Below, in pieces: positions 46,873 through 55,527 of a stretch of DNA of 64,000 bases (position 1 is its first letter; every line of letters starts with the position of its first letter). This DNA is from an uncultured Acidobacteriota bacterium (GTDB taxonomy: Bacteria; Acidobacteriota; Terriglobia; Acidiferrales; UBA7541), in assembly GCA_963789665.1 (NCBI GenBank), contig CAWBLT010000015.1, positions 34,445 through 98,444 of the forward strand. Direction: 5' to 3'. The notes under the pieces are model-generated. The model was not told the DNA's origin and did not search any database. It saw nothing but the letters and a program-made list of their open reading frames with translations. The position numbers and the translations under genes were made by a program.

Positions 46873-49585
46873 TCATTCGTAGCGCAGCGCGACCATGGGA
46901 TCAACGCGCACGGCGCGCCGCGCGGGGATGTAGCACGCGGCGACGCCGACCGCTGCGATGATTGCGATGACTGCGCCGAACGTCCACGGATCGGCGGGTG
47001 AGACGTTCCAGATTTGGCTGACGAGAAATCGCGCGAGAGCGAAGCTCGCACCAAGGCCAATGAGTGAACCTGCCGCGATTAACCGCGAGCCTTTCCGCAA
47101 GACCATGCTCGAAATGTGGTTCGGTTGGGCGCCAAGCGCCATGCGAATTCCGATTTCGCGCGTCTGCAGCGAAACACTGTAGGCCATGACGCTGAAGACC
47201 CCAGTGAGTACCATAAGCAAGGCAATCGCAGCGAGGGGTGCGACAGCCATCACGCCAAACTGCGGAGGCGAATAAGTTAGCCTGTTAAACGTTGCGCTGA
47301 GTGGTTCGAATTGCCAGGCGATTTGATCCCGGTCCACATCCCAGATCCGGTCCTGCACCGCGGGCATCTGCGAACTCGCATCCACCGTCGTCTTCACCAG
47401 AAGGATACCGCCTCCCTGAATCGTATTGGGTATGAATGCCTGGGGCCATACAGGTTGTTCCGGGCCAAAGTTTTTCATATCGCCGATGACGCCAACAATT
47501 TGGAAAATCACGTCATGGGGAGGTTGAGACTTCTCGGGAAACGATTTCACTTCGATTTGCTGACCGATGGGGTCCACGTCAGCAAAGAAATCGCGCGCGA
47601 GCGTTTGGTTGAGCACCGTTACGTGCCGCGCCGAATCGACGTCGCTCTGGGAGAGCCACCGGCCGCGAACCAAATGCAGGCCCAAAGTGCGATAGAGGCT
47701 TTCACTGCACCCATCGATTCCAGCTTTTTCGGTCCGTGTCGTCCCGGGCACGGCAGCTTCCAGCTTGGCGCCAGGGTTATAGCCGGGCAATGAGTTGTTG
47801 ACTGCGACAGCGGCAACGCCAGGCAATGTTTCCAGTTGTTTCACGACCTTCCTGAAAGTGATTTCCGACTGCTCCGCCGTTTGCGGATGGCGGCGTCCTA
47901 GCGCCAACAGCAACACATTTTGGGGATTGAATCCAAGGTCAACGTGAGTTAGCAGGAAAAAACTGTGAATCAGCAGACCCGATCCAGTGAGCAACACGAT
48001 GGAAAGAGCCACTACCGCAATGACCGGAGCATTGCGAAAATTTCCAAGGCCGAAGCTACCGCTTAAAGCTCGTCCACTGCCCCCAAGCGGAGATTGCAAA
48101 TCGCCACGAACGATATGGAGCGCAGGAGCCAAGCCGCAAATCAGCGTCGTCAGCACAGTTACTCCAAAGGTGAAAAACAACACGGCGCGATCCAGGCCGA
48201 CTACGACTTCGCCTCCTATGCTGATCCCTTTGTGAGGAATCACGGCAGCGGCGCCTTTCACTCCGAAGCAGGCGAACAGGGTTCCCACCAAACACGCGGC
48301 AATGGCCAGGAGGAAACTTTCCACCAGAAACTGCCGGATGAGACGGCCACGCGTCGCGCCTAGTGCTGAACGTACTGCAATCTCTCGCCCTCTTACGGTC
48401 GCGCGGGCCAGGAGCAAATTCGTGACATTGCTGCACGAAATCAAGAGCAATATCGCGACCGCTGCAAGCAGACTGTAGAGCATTGCTTTCACACCATACT
48501 CGGAGCCTCCCGCGCCGCCGATGCCCCACGGGCCCATGAGGAAATCAGTAGCGGATTGTACGCGCGCGGTGAAGTGTTTTGGGAACTCGTCCGGATGAAG
48601 CTTGGCCATGCGTTGGAGAATGACGTCAAGGTCGGCTGAAGCCGTCTCGATGGTTACACCAGGCCGCAGGCGCGCCAAGATGGTTCCATGCTCATCTAAG
48701 CCGGCACGGGCGGCATCCGCAGGACTCCGATACGGCATCCAGATTTGTACGAGTGCACCGTACGCCTGGAAGCGTGGCGGCATGATGCCGACGAGCGTTC
48801 GTGGCTGGTCATCCACCGAGAAGGTCTTTTCCAGAATCTTCGGATCTGAATTGAACTCGGATTTCCAAGTTCGGTAGCTGATCGAGAAAACCGGCGGCGC
48901 TCCGGGTAGGCCGTCTTGCGGCAGGATCCCGCGTCCCATAAGCGGCGGAACTCCGTAGAAATCGAATGCATTCGCAGTGACTTCAGCTTCGTAAACCTGG
49001 TGGGTTTCTTGACCGTCGCTGAGAAGCGCGATTCCCCGTCCATACGCAGCGAGATCTTCGAATACGTGATTCTGTGCGCGGATCGCATCATAAGTGGATA
49101 GAGGAGCTTCCAATGGCAAGATGGAAACACCCGAAAGTTTGGTGGTCTCGGCGCTTTCGTAGGATGGAACCACCAGGCGGGCGGCGTCCTTTGCTGCGAA
49201 GGCATTAAACAATAAATTGTAGAAAACGCTGAAGACCACGGTTGAGGCGCCGATGCCGAGGGCGAGCGTGATGACTGCGACGGCGGTGAAGCCGGGGGAC
49301 TTGCGCAGGATGCGCAGGCCGTAGTGAATGTCTCGCAGCAAATCTTGCAGCCAGGTGACTTGGCGCGCGTCGCGGCATTCTTCTTTGCGCTTCTCCAGGC
49401 CGCCCATTTCCAGTAAGCGCTGCGCGGCGGGCTTCCTGCGGAGGCATTCCTTGAGCGATGTATTGCTGCGTTTTTTGCTCGAGGTGATAGCGAAGCTCTT
49501 CGTCTAGTTCCTGGTCGGCGGCTTGGCGACGAAACAGCGAGCGCAGGCGCAGCGGCAGTGTGTAAATCCAGTGTTTCGGTCGCAT
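46873..49585 (-). pseudogene. ADOP-family permease with N-terminal extension, frameshifted near 49417 (pseudogene or sequence error)
   Basis: ORF 49205-49585 (MRPKHWIYTLPLRLRSLFRRQAADQELDEELRYHLEQKTQQYIAQGMPPQEARRAAL...) and ORF 46873-49407 (MGGLEKRKEECRDARQV...[12 protein letters not shown]) together match the intact neighbour. Compared with that neighbour, the + strand reads CAGTAAGCGC instead of CAGTAACGC, which is one extra base. Confidence 0.85.
49359..49585 (-). repeat. near-identical 5' coding block shared with 52091-52316
   Basis: My hand alignment of the first ~226 nt of the two genes gives 11 substitutions plus one 1-nt indel. Similarity drops sharply after ...GACGCGCGCCAAG. Confidence 0.8.
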
Positions 49586-49613
49586 CGTTCGTTCACGTGA
49601 GCGCTTGCGGCGC

Positions 49614-52316
49614 TCACCTCCTTATTCGTAGCGCAGCGCGACCATCGGGATCAACGCGCATGGCGCGCCGCGCGGGAATGTAGCACGCGAGGAGCGCTAC
49701 CGCTGCAAGAAGAATTGCGACCGTGACGTAGGTCGCGGGATCGCTGGCGCTGATTTCGGCGAGCAGGTGCGTCATGGCGCGGGTGAGCGCCCACGCTGCG
49801 GCCGTACCGATGGCGACGCCGGCGAGCACCAGGCGCACGCCTTGCAGCCAAACCAGATTGAGAATATCGCGCGAGTTCGCGCCCAGGGCGATGCGGATGC
49901 CCATCTCCCGAGTGCGCTGGCTGGCCGCGAACGACACCACGCCGTAAACCCCGACGACCGCGAGAATTAATCCAATGACGCCGAGCGCGGCAGCGAGAGT
50001 GGCCGCGAGCCGGAACACGTAGAAGCCGAAGGCGCCGGCGAGCAATTGGTCCATCGTCTCGATATTTACGATCGCCAGGTCAGGAGCCAGCCGCGCGATT
50101 TGCTCCTTTACCGGCGCGGCCAGTGACTCGGGCGGGCCGAGCGTGCGAATTTGCAGAGCAAGTTTCGAAGCGAAATTCTGCGCCAGCGGAACGTAGAAGA
50201 AAGGCTCGGCGTCTTCGCCGACCGTCTTGTATTTTCCGTTGGCGGTGACGCCGACGACTTCCATGAACGGGCCCGAGTCGCCACCCATGCTGAATCGTTT
50301 TCCAATGGGGTCTTCGCGCGGCCAGAAGCGAGCAGCCATCGTTTGATTGATGATGGCCACGCGCGGCGCTGTTTCGTTGTCCGCGTCCGTGAAAATGCGG
50401 CCGCGCAGAAAAGTGATGCGCATGGTTTCGAAGTAGGCTGCATTAACCGAGTTGCAGAGCACACTTGGCGCTTGGCGGCCAGGCGGTGTGGGACGGCCCG
50501 CGAGCGAAACCGGCCTGCCATTGGGGAAGCCGCCCATCGGCACGTAGGAAGCGAGGCTGACGGATTGCACGCCGGGAAGAGAGCGCACGCGGGATTCAAT
50601 CTCGCGATAGAACGCCTCGCTGCGCGACTGGTCGTAGCCGGCCTGTTGCGGGTCCATAGTTACGTTCAGGACGTGGCTGGGGTCGAAGCCGAGATCGAAC
50701 GCCTGAACCTTTTGCAGGCTGCGAACGAAGAGTCCGGCAACCACCAGCAGCGTGAATGAGCCCGCCACCTGCACAACGACCAGAAAATTACGAAAGCCGG
50801 AGTGATGGGCGCCAAAAGAACTCCGCTGGCCGCCTTCGTGGAGTACGGAATTCACATCCGCGGAGGAAGCGCGAAAAGCAGGCAGCAGGCCCACCACTAA
50901 ACCTGTGAGGAGCGCGGATGCGGCTGCAACTGCGAACACGCGCCAATCGAACGAAGCGTTCACATGCAGCGGCAGGCTTTGCAGATGGATCGAGGTGATC
51001 AGACGGCTGGCCCACATTCCGAGAAACATTCCGGCAGCCCCGCCGAGAATCGCAAGCAGCACACTTTCGGTAAGCATCTGGCGAATCAGCCGCGCGCGTC
51101 CAGCGCCCAGAGCGGCGCGAATGGCCATTTCGCGCCGGCGCGCCGAGCCGCGCGCGAGCAGGATGTTTTCCACGTTCATGCCAGCCAGCAGCCAGACGAG
51201 AACGGCGAGAACTAAAAACAGGCCGGAAACGGCGAGAAAGAAATTATTGGCATAGGGAATTGGCCGCGCCAATTTTTCCGGCACCGCGCGCACCGTGAAC
51301 CATTTATCCGTCGCGGGATATTGGCGCCCCAGCCGCGCGCTGATTACGTCCAGGGAGCTCTGCGCTTCGCGAAGGCTGATTCCGGGCCGAAGGCGGCCGA
51401 ACGCCAGAATTCTGCGGCGGTCGCGGTTCTCCCAAAACAGACTCGTGGATTCCTCCCGAATCATTCCGCTCATGGGGAGATAAACGTGCGTCTCGAAGAT
51501 GGAATACATGCCCTGGAATTGTCGCGGCACCACGCCGATGATCGTGGCGGGTTTTCCGTTGATGCGGATTTGTCTTCCGATAGCGCGCGGATCGCTGTGG
51601 AATCTTTTTTGCCAGTAGCCATAGCCGAGAACCACGAGCAGCGGCTCGCCGGGCGTTTCGCCTTCGCTGGGAAGGTAGAGCCGGCCGGCCGCAGGTTGCA
51701 GACCCAGCGCCATGAAAAAATTTCCAGAGACGTAGTTTGCGAAGCATTCCTCCGACTGATCGTTAGCGGTGAACTGTATTGTGCCGATGACCATTCCGAA
51801 TATATCGGCGACACTGCCGGCTTGTGTTCGGAAATCAACGAATCCCGGGTAGGAAAATCCCCCGGAGCCGACCGGCGCGTCCTTCTGCTGGATCGCGAGA
51901 ACTGTGATTTGTTCGGGCGAGGGGACCGGCAAGGGGCGCAGCAGGAATCCATTCACTACGCTGAAGATGGCGGTGTTCGCGCCTACACCGAGCGCGAGGG
52001 CGATCACGACCACCACGGTTACGCCCGGGGATTTCCGCAGCATGCGGAATCCGAAACGAATATCACGAACGAAATTCTCAAGCCAATGCACTTGGCGCGC
52101 GTCGCGGCATTCTTCTTTGCGCTTCTCCAGGCCGCCCATTTCCAGTAACGCTGCGCGGCGGGCTTCTTGCGGAGGCGTGCCTTGAGCGATGTATTTCTGC
52201 GTTTTTTGCTCGAGGTGATAGCGAAGCTCTTCGTCTAGTTCCTGGTCGGCGGCTTGGCGGCGGAACAGCGAGCGCAGGCGCAACGGCAATTTGTAAATCC
52301 AGCGTTCCGGTCGCAT
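49614..52316 (-). CDS. ADOP-family MacB-like permease with cytoplasmic N-terminal extension; extreme C-terminal tail frameshifted
   Basis: 900 aa. N-terminus MRPERWIYKLPLRLRSLFRRQAADQELDEELRYHLEQKTQKYIAQGTPPQEARRAALLEMGGLEKRKEECRDARQV, then the normal permease body. It ends ...[19 protein letters not shown] instead of ...[11 protein letters not shown], because of one extra base in the GGG run at 49647-49649. The canonical stop would be at 49622-49624. Confidence 0.88.
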   Translation of the reverse strand: MRPERWIYKLPLRLRSLFRRQAADQELDEELRYHLEQKTQKYIAQGTPPQEARRAALLEMGGLEKRKEECRDARQVHWLENFVRDIRFGFRMLRKSPGVTVVVVIALALGVGANTAIFSVVNGFLLRPLPVPSPEQITVLAIQQKDAPVGSGGFSYPGFVDFRTQAGSVADIFGMVIGTIQFTANDQSEECFANYVSGNFFMALGLQPAAGRLYLPSEGETPGEPLLVVLGYGYWQKRFHSDPRAIGRQIRINGKPATIIGVVPRQFQGMYSIFETHVYLPMSGMIREESTSLFWENRDRRRILAFGRLRPGISLREAQSSLDVISARLGRQYPATDKWFTVRAVPEKLARPIPYANNFFLAVSGLFLVLAVLVWLLAGMNVENILLARGSARRREMAIRAALGAGRARLIRQMLTESVLLAILGGAAGMFLGMWASRLITSIHLQSLPLHVNASFDWRVFAVAAASALLTGLVVGLLPAFRASSADVNSVLHEGGQRSSFGAHHSGFRNFLVVVQVAGSFTLLVVAGLFVRSLQKVQAFDLGFDPSHVLNVTMDPQQAGYDQSRSEAFYREIESRVRSLPGVQSVSLASYVPMGGFPNGRPVSLAGRPTPPGRQAPSVLCNSVNAAYFETMRITFLRGRIFTDADNETAPRVAIINQTMAARFWPREDPIGKRFSMGGDSGPFMEVVGVTANGKYKTVGEDAEPFFYVPLAQNFASKLALQIRTLGPPESLAAPVKEQIARLAPDLAIVNIETMDQLLAGAFGFYVFRLAATLAAALGVIGLILAVVGVYGVVSFAASQRTREMGIRIALGANSRDILNLVWLQGVRLVLAGVAIGTAAAWALTRAMTHLLAEISASDPATYVTVAILLAAVALLACYIPARRAMRVDPDGRAALRIRR
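52091..52316 (-). repeat. near-identical 5' coding block shared with 49359-49585
   Basis: See 49359-49585. A 44-nt core, TCGCGGCATTCTTCTTTGCGCTTCTCCAGGCCGCCCATTTCCAG on the + strand, is identical at 49370-49413, 52102-52145 and 54835-54878. Confidence 0.8.
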
Positions 52317-52382
52317 CGTTTTTTCTCCCGAGCGCTTGCCATGCTCGCCGGTTCACGTGAGCGCTCGCCGCGCTTGGCCGAT

Positions 52383-55049
52383 TTATTCGCAGCGCAGCGC
52401 TACGATAGGATCCACGCGGGCGCCGCGGCGTGCGGGGATGTAGCAGGCGGCGAGGGCTACGAGCGCGAAGAATGCCGCGATCGCCGCGTAGGTTAGTGGA
52501 TCATTCGATTTGACGGTACTCAGGATCGCCGCCATCGCACGCGTTACGCCAGCGGCGGCGAGCAGGCCACAGGCGATCCCGGCGAGCGCAAGTTTCAGTC
52601 CTTGCGCCACAATCATGCGCGTCACATCCCAGGAACTTGCGCCGAGCGCCATGCGGATGCCGATTTCATGAACGCGCTGCTGCACGAATTGCGCGGTGAC
52701 TCCGTAAATTCCGATCGCGCCCAGCAGCAGCGCCAGAATCCCGAAAAAAGTCAGCAGCTGCGTCAGAATGCGGTTGGGCGTGTTGCGCTCGGTGATCAGA
52801 TCGTCCATGGTGCGAACCGCAGAGACGGGTTGGTCGGCATCCACGGACCACACCGCCGTGCGAATGGCGGAGGCGGCTTCGGTGCTGGGGCGCGCGGCGC
52901 GCGTCACGATGGACATGTAGGCGCTGGGAAATTGCGCGGCCGGGACGTAGATTTGGCGCATGGGCCGGTCGGTCAAAGTAAATAGTTTGGTGTCGCGCAC
53001 AATGCCGACAATCGTGCAGATCTCGTGGTTATCGCCGATCTCCAGCTGTTGGCCGAGGGGGTCTTCTTTCGAAAATTGCTGCCGCAGCAGCGTTTCGTTG
53101 ATGACGACCACCTTCCGCGAATCCGGACCGTCGCCCGCATCCAAAGCGCGCCCGCGTAGCAGCACCATCTGCATCGTTTGAAAATATCCGGGAGTAATCG
53201 CGGAATATTCGGCGCCGAGGACCTCGCCCGGTTCCGCGGGTGAGCGCCCGACAATGTGAATCACCTTTACCTGGTTCGAATCGCTGAAAGGTATGTACTC
53301 GCTGGCGTCGGCCGAGACGATTTCGGGAAGAGCGCGCACGCGCGCCAGAACTTGATCGTAGAAGCCGCGAATCTGCGCGTCCGTCTTGTATTTTGCGGGC
53401 GGCAGCACAAGTTGCGTCACCATCAGGTCGCGCGACTGGAATCCAATGTCGCCGTAAACCATGTGCGCGAAATCCTGCACCAGCAGCGCCGTGCAGATCA
53501 GCACCACCACCGCGAGCGCAATTTCACCCGCCACGAACACGGAACGCAAGCGGCGGCCCGCTTGGCTGCCCGAAATTTGTCCGGCCGCATCCTTGAGCGA
53601 ACGATTCAGGTCATGGCCGGAACTTCCGAAGGCGGGCGCGAGTCCGAATATCAGGCCGCACAGAATCGCGATGCCGAACGTGTAGGCGAAAGTCTGCACA
53701 TCGAGCGTTCCGCGTCCGTAGTTGACGATGTAGCCGCGAATGCGATCGGGAATAGCGTTCTCAATCCAGTGCACGCCCCAAATTCCGAAAAGCGCGCCGG
53801 CTGCGCCGCCAAACGTAAACAGCAGCAGCGATTCCGTGAGCAATTGCCGGGCAAGCCGCAGGCGCGAAGCGCCTAGCGCTCCGCGCACCGCGAATTCTTT
53901 GCTGCGGCTGCTGGCACGCGCGAGCATCAGGTTGGCGACGTTCGCGCAGGCGATCAGCAGCACGAACCCCACCAGGCAAAAGGAAATCAGGATCTGCTGC
54001 GCGCCTTCGTTCTTGCCGATTTCAAAAAGCATGGAGCTGACCAGCGTGGTTTGATTGGTGTTGGTTTGCGGGTAGAGTTTTTCCAGGCGCGAGGAGATTG
54101 CCGCCAGGTCCTCGCCGGCTTGTTGTTGCGTCACGCCGGGCTTCAGACGGCCGAAAGCCTCAAACCACGACGTGCCGCGATCGTTGCGCGCCTTGTCGTC
54201 CATCGCAAGCGGCGCCCACATGTTTGAAATACCCATCAGCGAGAACTGAAAATTGGCGGGCATCACGCCGACGATCGTGTAGGTCTCGCCCTGCACCGTC
54301 ACGGCGCGCCCGATGATGCGCGGGTCGGCGGCAAAACGGCTTTCCCACAGGCCGCGGCTGATGATCGCCACGTGGCTCGCAGCCGGCTGGGATTCCTGCG
54401 GCAAGAAAGTGCGGCCCAGCATCGGCTGCGCGCCGAGCGTCTGAAAGAAATTCCACCCCACCAGGCCGCCAAGGATACGGTCGGGCGGCCCATCGCCAGT
54501 GAGATTGAAGTACCAGCCGGTCCACGGGACGAGTTGCTCGAAGGAGGAGTTTTCCTTCTCGTAGTCGAAGAAATCGGCGCTGGAGGTCACGCCGTTGCCG
54601 CTTAATCCCTTTTTTGTGTCGTGCGAGAGTAACACCATCAGCCGATCGGCCTGGGGAAAGGGCAGGGGCTTGATGAGCCACGCATTCACGTAGCTGAAGA
54701 TGGCGGTGTTTGCGCCGATGCCGAGCGCCAGCGTGATGATGGCGATCGCGGTGAAGCCGGGAGATTTTCGCAGCATGCGGAAACCGTAGCGGAGATCCTG
54801 CGCGAACGTTTCCAGGAAGTGGGTGCCGCGCGCATCGCGGCATTCTTCTTTGCGCTTCTCCAGGCCGCCCATTTCCAGCACTGCCGCGCGGCGCGCTTCT
54901 TGCGGACTCATGCCCTGGGCGATGTATTCCTGCGTCTTGAGCTCCAGGTGATCGCGCAGCTCATCGTCGAGCTCCTCGTCCGCCTTCTGTCGCTGGAAGA
55001 GCGAGCGCAGGCGCAACGGCAACTTGTAAATCCAGCGTTCCGGTCGCAT
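52383..55049 (-). CDS. ADOP-family MacB-like permease with cytoplasmic N-terminal extension
   Basis: 888 aa. N-terminus MRPERWIYKLPLRLRSLFQRQKADEELDDELRDHLELKTQEYIAQGMSPQEARRAAVLEMGGLEKRKEECRDARG..., tail ARVDPIVALRCE. GGGAGAA lies 6 nt before the ATG. Confidence 0.92.
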   Translation of the reverse strand: MRPERWIYKLPLRLRSLFQRQKADEELDDELRDHLELKTQEYIAQGMSPQEARRAAVLEMGGLEKRKEECRDARGTHFLETFAQDLRYGFRMLRKSPGFTAIAIITLALGIGANTAIFSYVNAWLIKPLPFPQADRLMVLLSHDTKKGLSGNGVTSSADFFDYEKENSSFEQLVPWTGWYFNLTGDGPPDRILGGLVGWNFFQTLGAQPMLGRTFLPQESQPAASHVAIISRGLWESRFAADPRIIGRAVTVQGETYTIVGVMPANFQFSLMGISNMWAPLAMDDKARNDRGTSWFEAFGRLKPGVTQQQAGEDLAAISSRLEKLYPQTNTNQTTLVSSMLFEIGKNEGAQQILISFCLVGFVLLIACANVANLMLARASSRSKEFAVRGALGASRLRLARQLLTESLLLFTFGGAAGALFGIWGVHWIENAIPDRIRGYIVNYGRGTLDVQTFAYTFGIAILCGLIFGLAPAFGSSGHDLNRSLKDAAGQISGSQAGRRLRSVFVAGEIALAVVVLICTALLVQDFAHMVYGDIGFQSRDLMVTQLVLPPAKYKTDAQIRGFYDQVLARVRALPEIVSADASEYIPFSDSNQVKVIHIVGRSPAEPGEVLGAEYSAITPGYFQTMQMVLLRGRALDAGDGPDSRKVVVINETLLRQQFSKEDPLGQQLEIGDNHEICTIVGIVRDTKLFTLTDRPMRQIYVPAAQFPSAYMSIVTRAARPSTEAASAIRTAVWSVDADQPVSAVRTMDDLITERNTPNRILTQLLTFFGILALLLGAIGIYGVTAQFVQQRVHEIGIRMALGASSWDVTRMIVAQGLKLALAGIACGLLAAAGVTRAMAAILSTVKSNDPLTYAAIAAFFALVALAACYIPARRGARVDPIVALRCE
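54835..55049 (-). repeat. third, more diverged copy of the ADOP 5' block
   Basis: It shares the identical 44-nt core (54835-54878) and the first ~25 nt (ATGCGACCGGAACGCTGGATTTACAA) with the 52316 gene. The middle part has diverged. Confidence 0.7.
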
Positions 55050-55106
55050 CGTTTGTTCTCCCGAGCGCCCGATGGGCGATGAGCGCGCGCGGCCTCCTCG
55101 CGAGCC

Positions 55107-55442
55107 TCAGGTCTCCTTCATCTTTACAACGTGAGAGATCGCCGTCGCCAGCCGGCCCCAATTGTCTGCTTCTTTTTCCAGATGTTTGCGGCCGGGGCGC
55201 GTGAGCGAATAGAATTTTGCGCGCCGGTTGTTCTCGGTGGTTTTCCACTCGGCGGAAATCCAGCCTTCCTGCTCCAGCTTGTGCAGTGCGGGATAAAGCG
55301 AACCGTCGCTCACCTGCAGAACGTCGCCGGAAACTTGCTTCAGGCGCAGGCTGATGGCGAAGCCGTTGAGCGGCTGGAGCGCGAGGATTTTCAGAAGCAG
55401 CAGGTCCAGCGTGCCTTGCACCAAATCAGAAGGTTTGCTCAT
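55107..55442 (-). CDS. PadR-family transcriptional regulator (acidobacterial ADOP-linked type)
   Basis: 111 aa. LDLLLLKILALQPLNGFAISLRLKQVSGDVLQVSDGSLYPALHKLEQEGWISAEWKTTENNRRAKFYSLTRPGRKHL is a canonical PadR winged helix. It is the first gene of the - strand ADOP operon. Confidence 0.93.
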   Translation of the reverse strand: MSKPSDLVQGTLDLLLLKILALQPLNGFAISLRLKQVSGDVLQVSDGSLYPALHKLEQEGWISAEWKTTENNRRAKFYSLTRPGRKHLEKEADNWGRLATAISHVVKMKET

Positions 55443-55472
55443 ATGCGCGTGCTTGCCTCGGTAACCGAGCGT

Positions 55473-55501
55473 AGTATAGCCGCGGTGCGCTCGGTAAGCA
55501 A
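55473..55501 (-). promoter_or_regulatory. sigma70-type promoter of the PadR-ADOP operon with overlapping repeats
   Basis: On the - strand, TTGCTT (55501-55496), a 17-nt spacer, then TATACT (55478-55473). The -10 is bracketed by the 8-bp inverted repeat ACCGAGCG (55464-71) / CGCTCGGT (55488-95). CTCGGTAA recurs at 55457-64 and 55490-97. Confidence 0.5.
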
Positions 55502-55527
55502 GGGGAATGGGGGCGGTGAGCAGTGCC

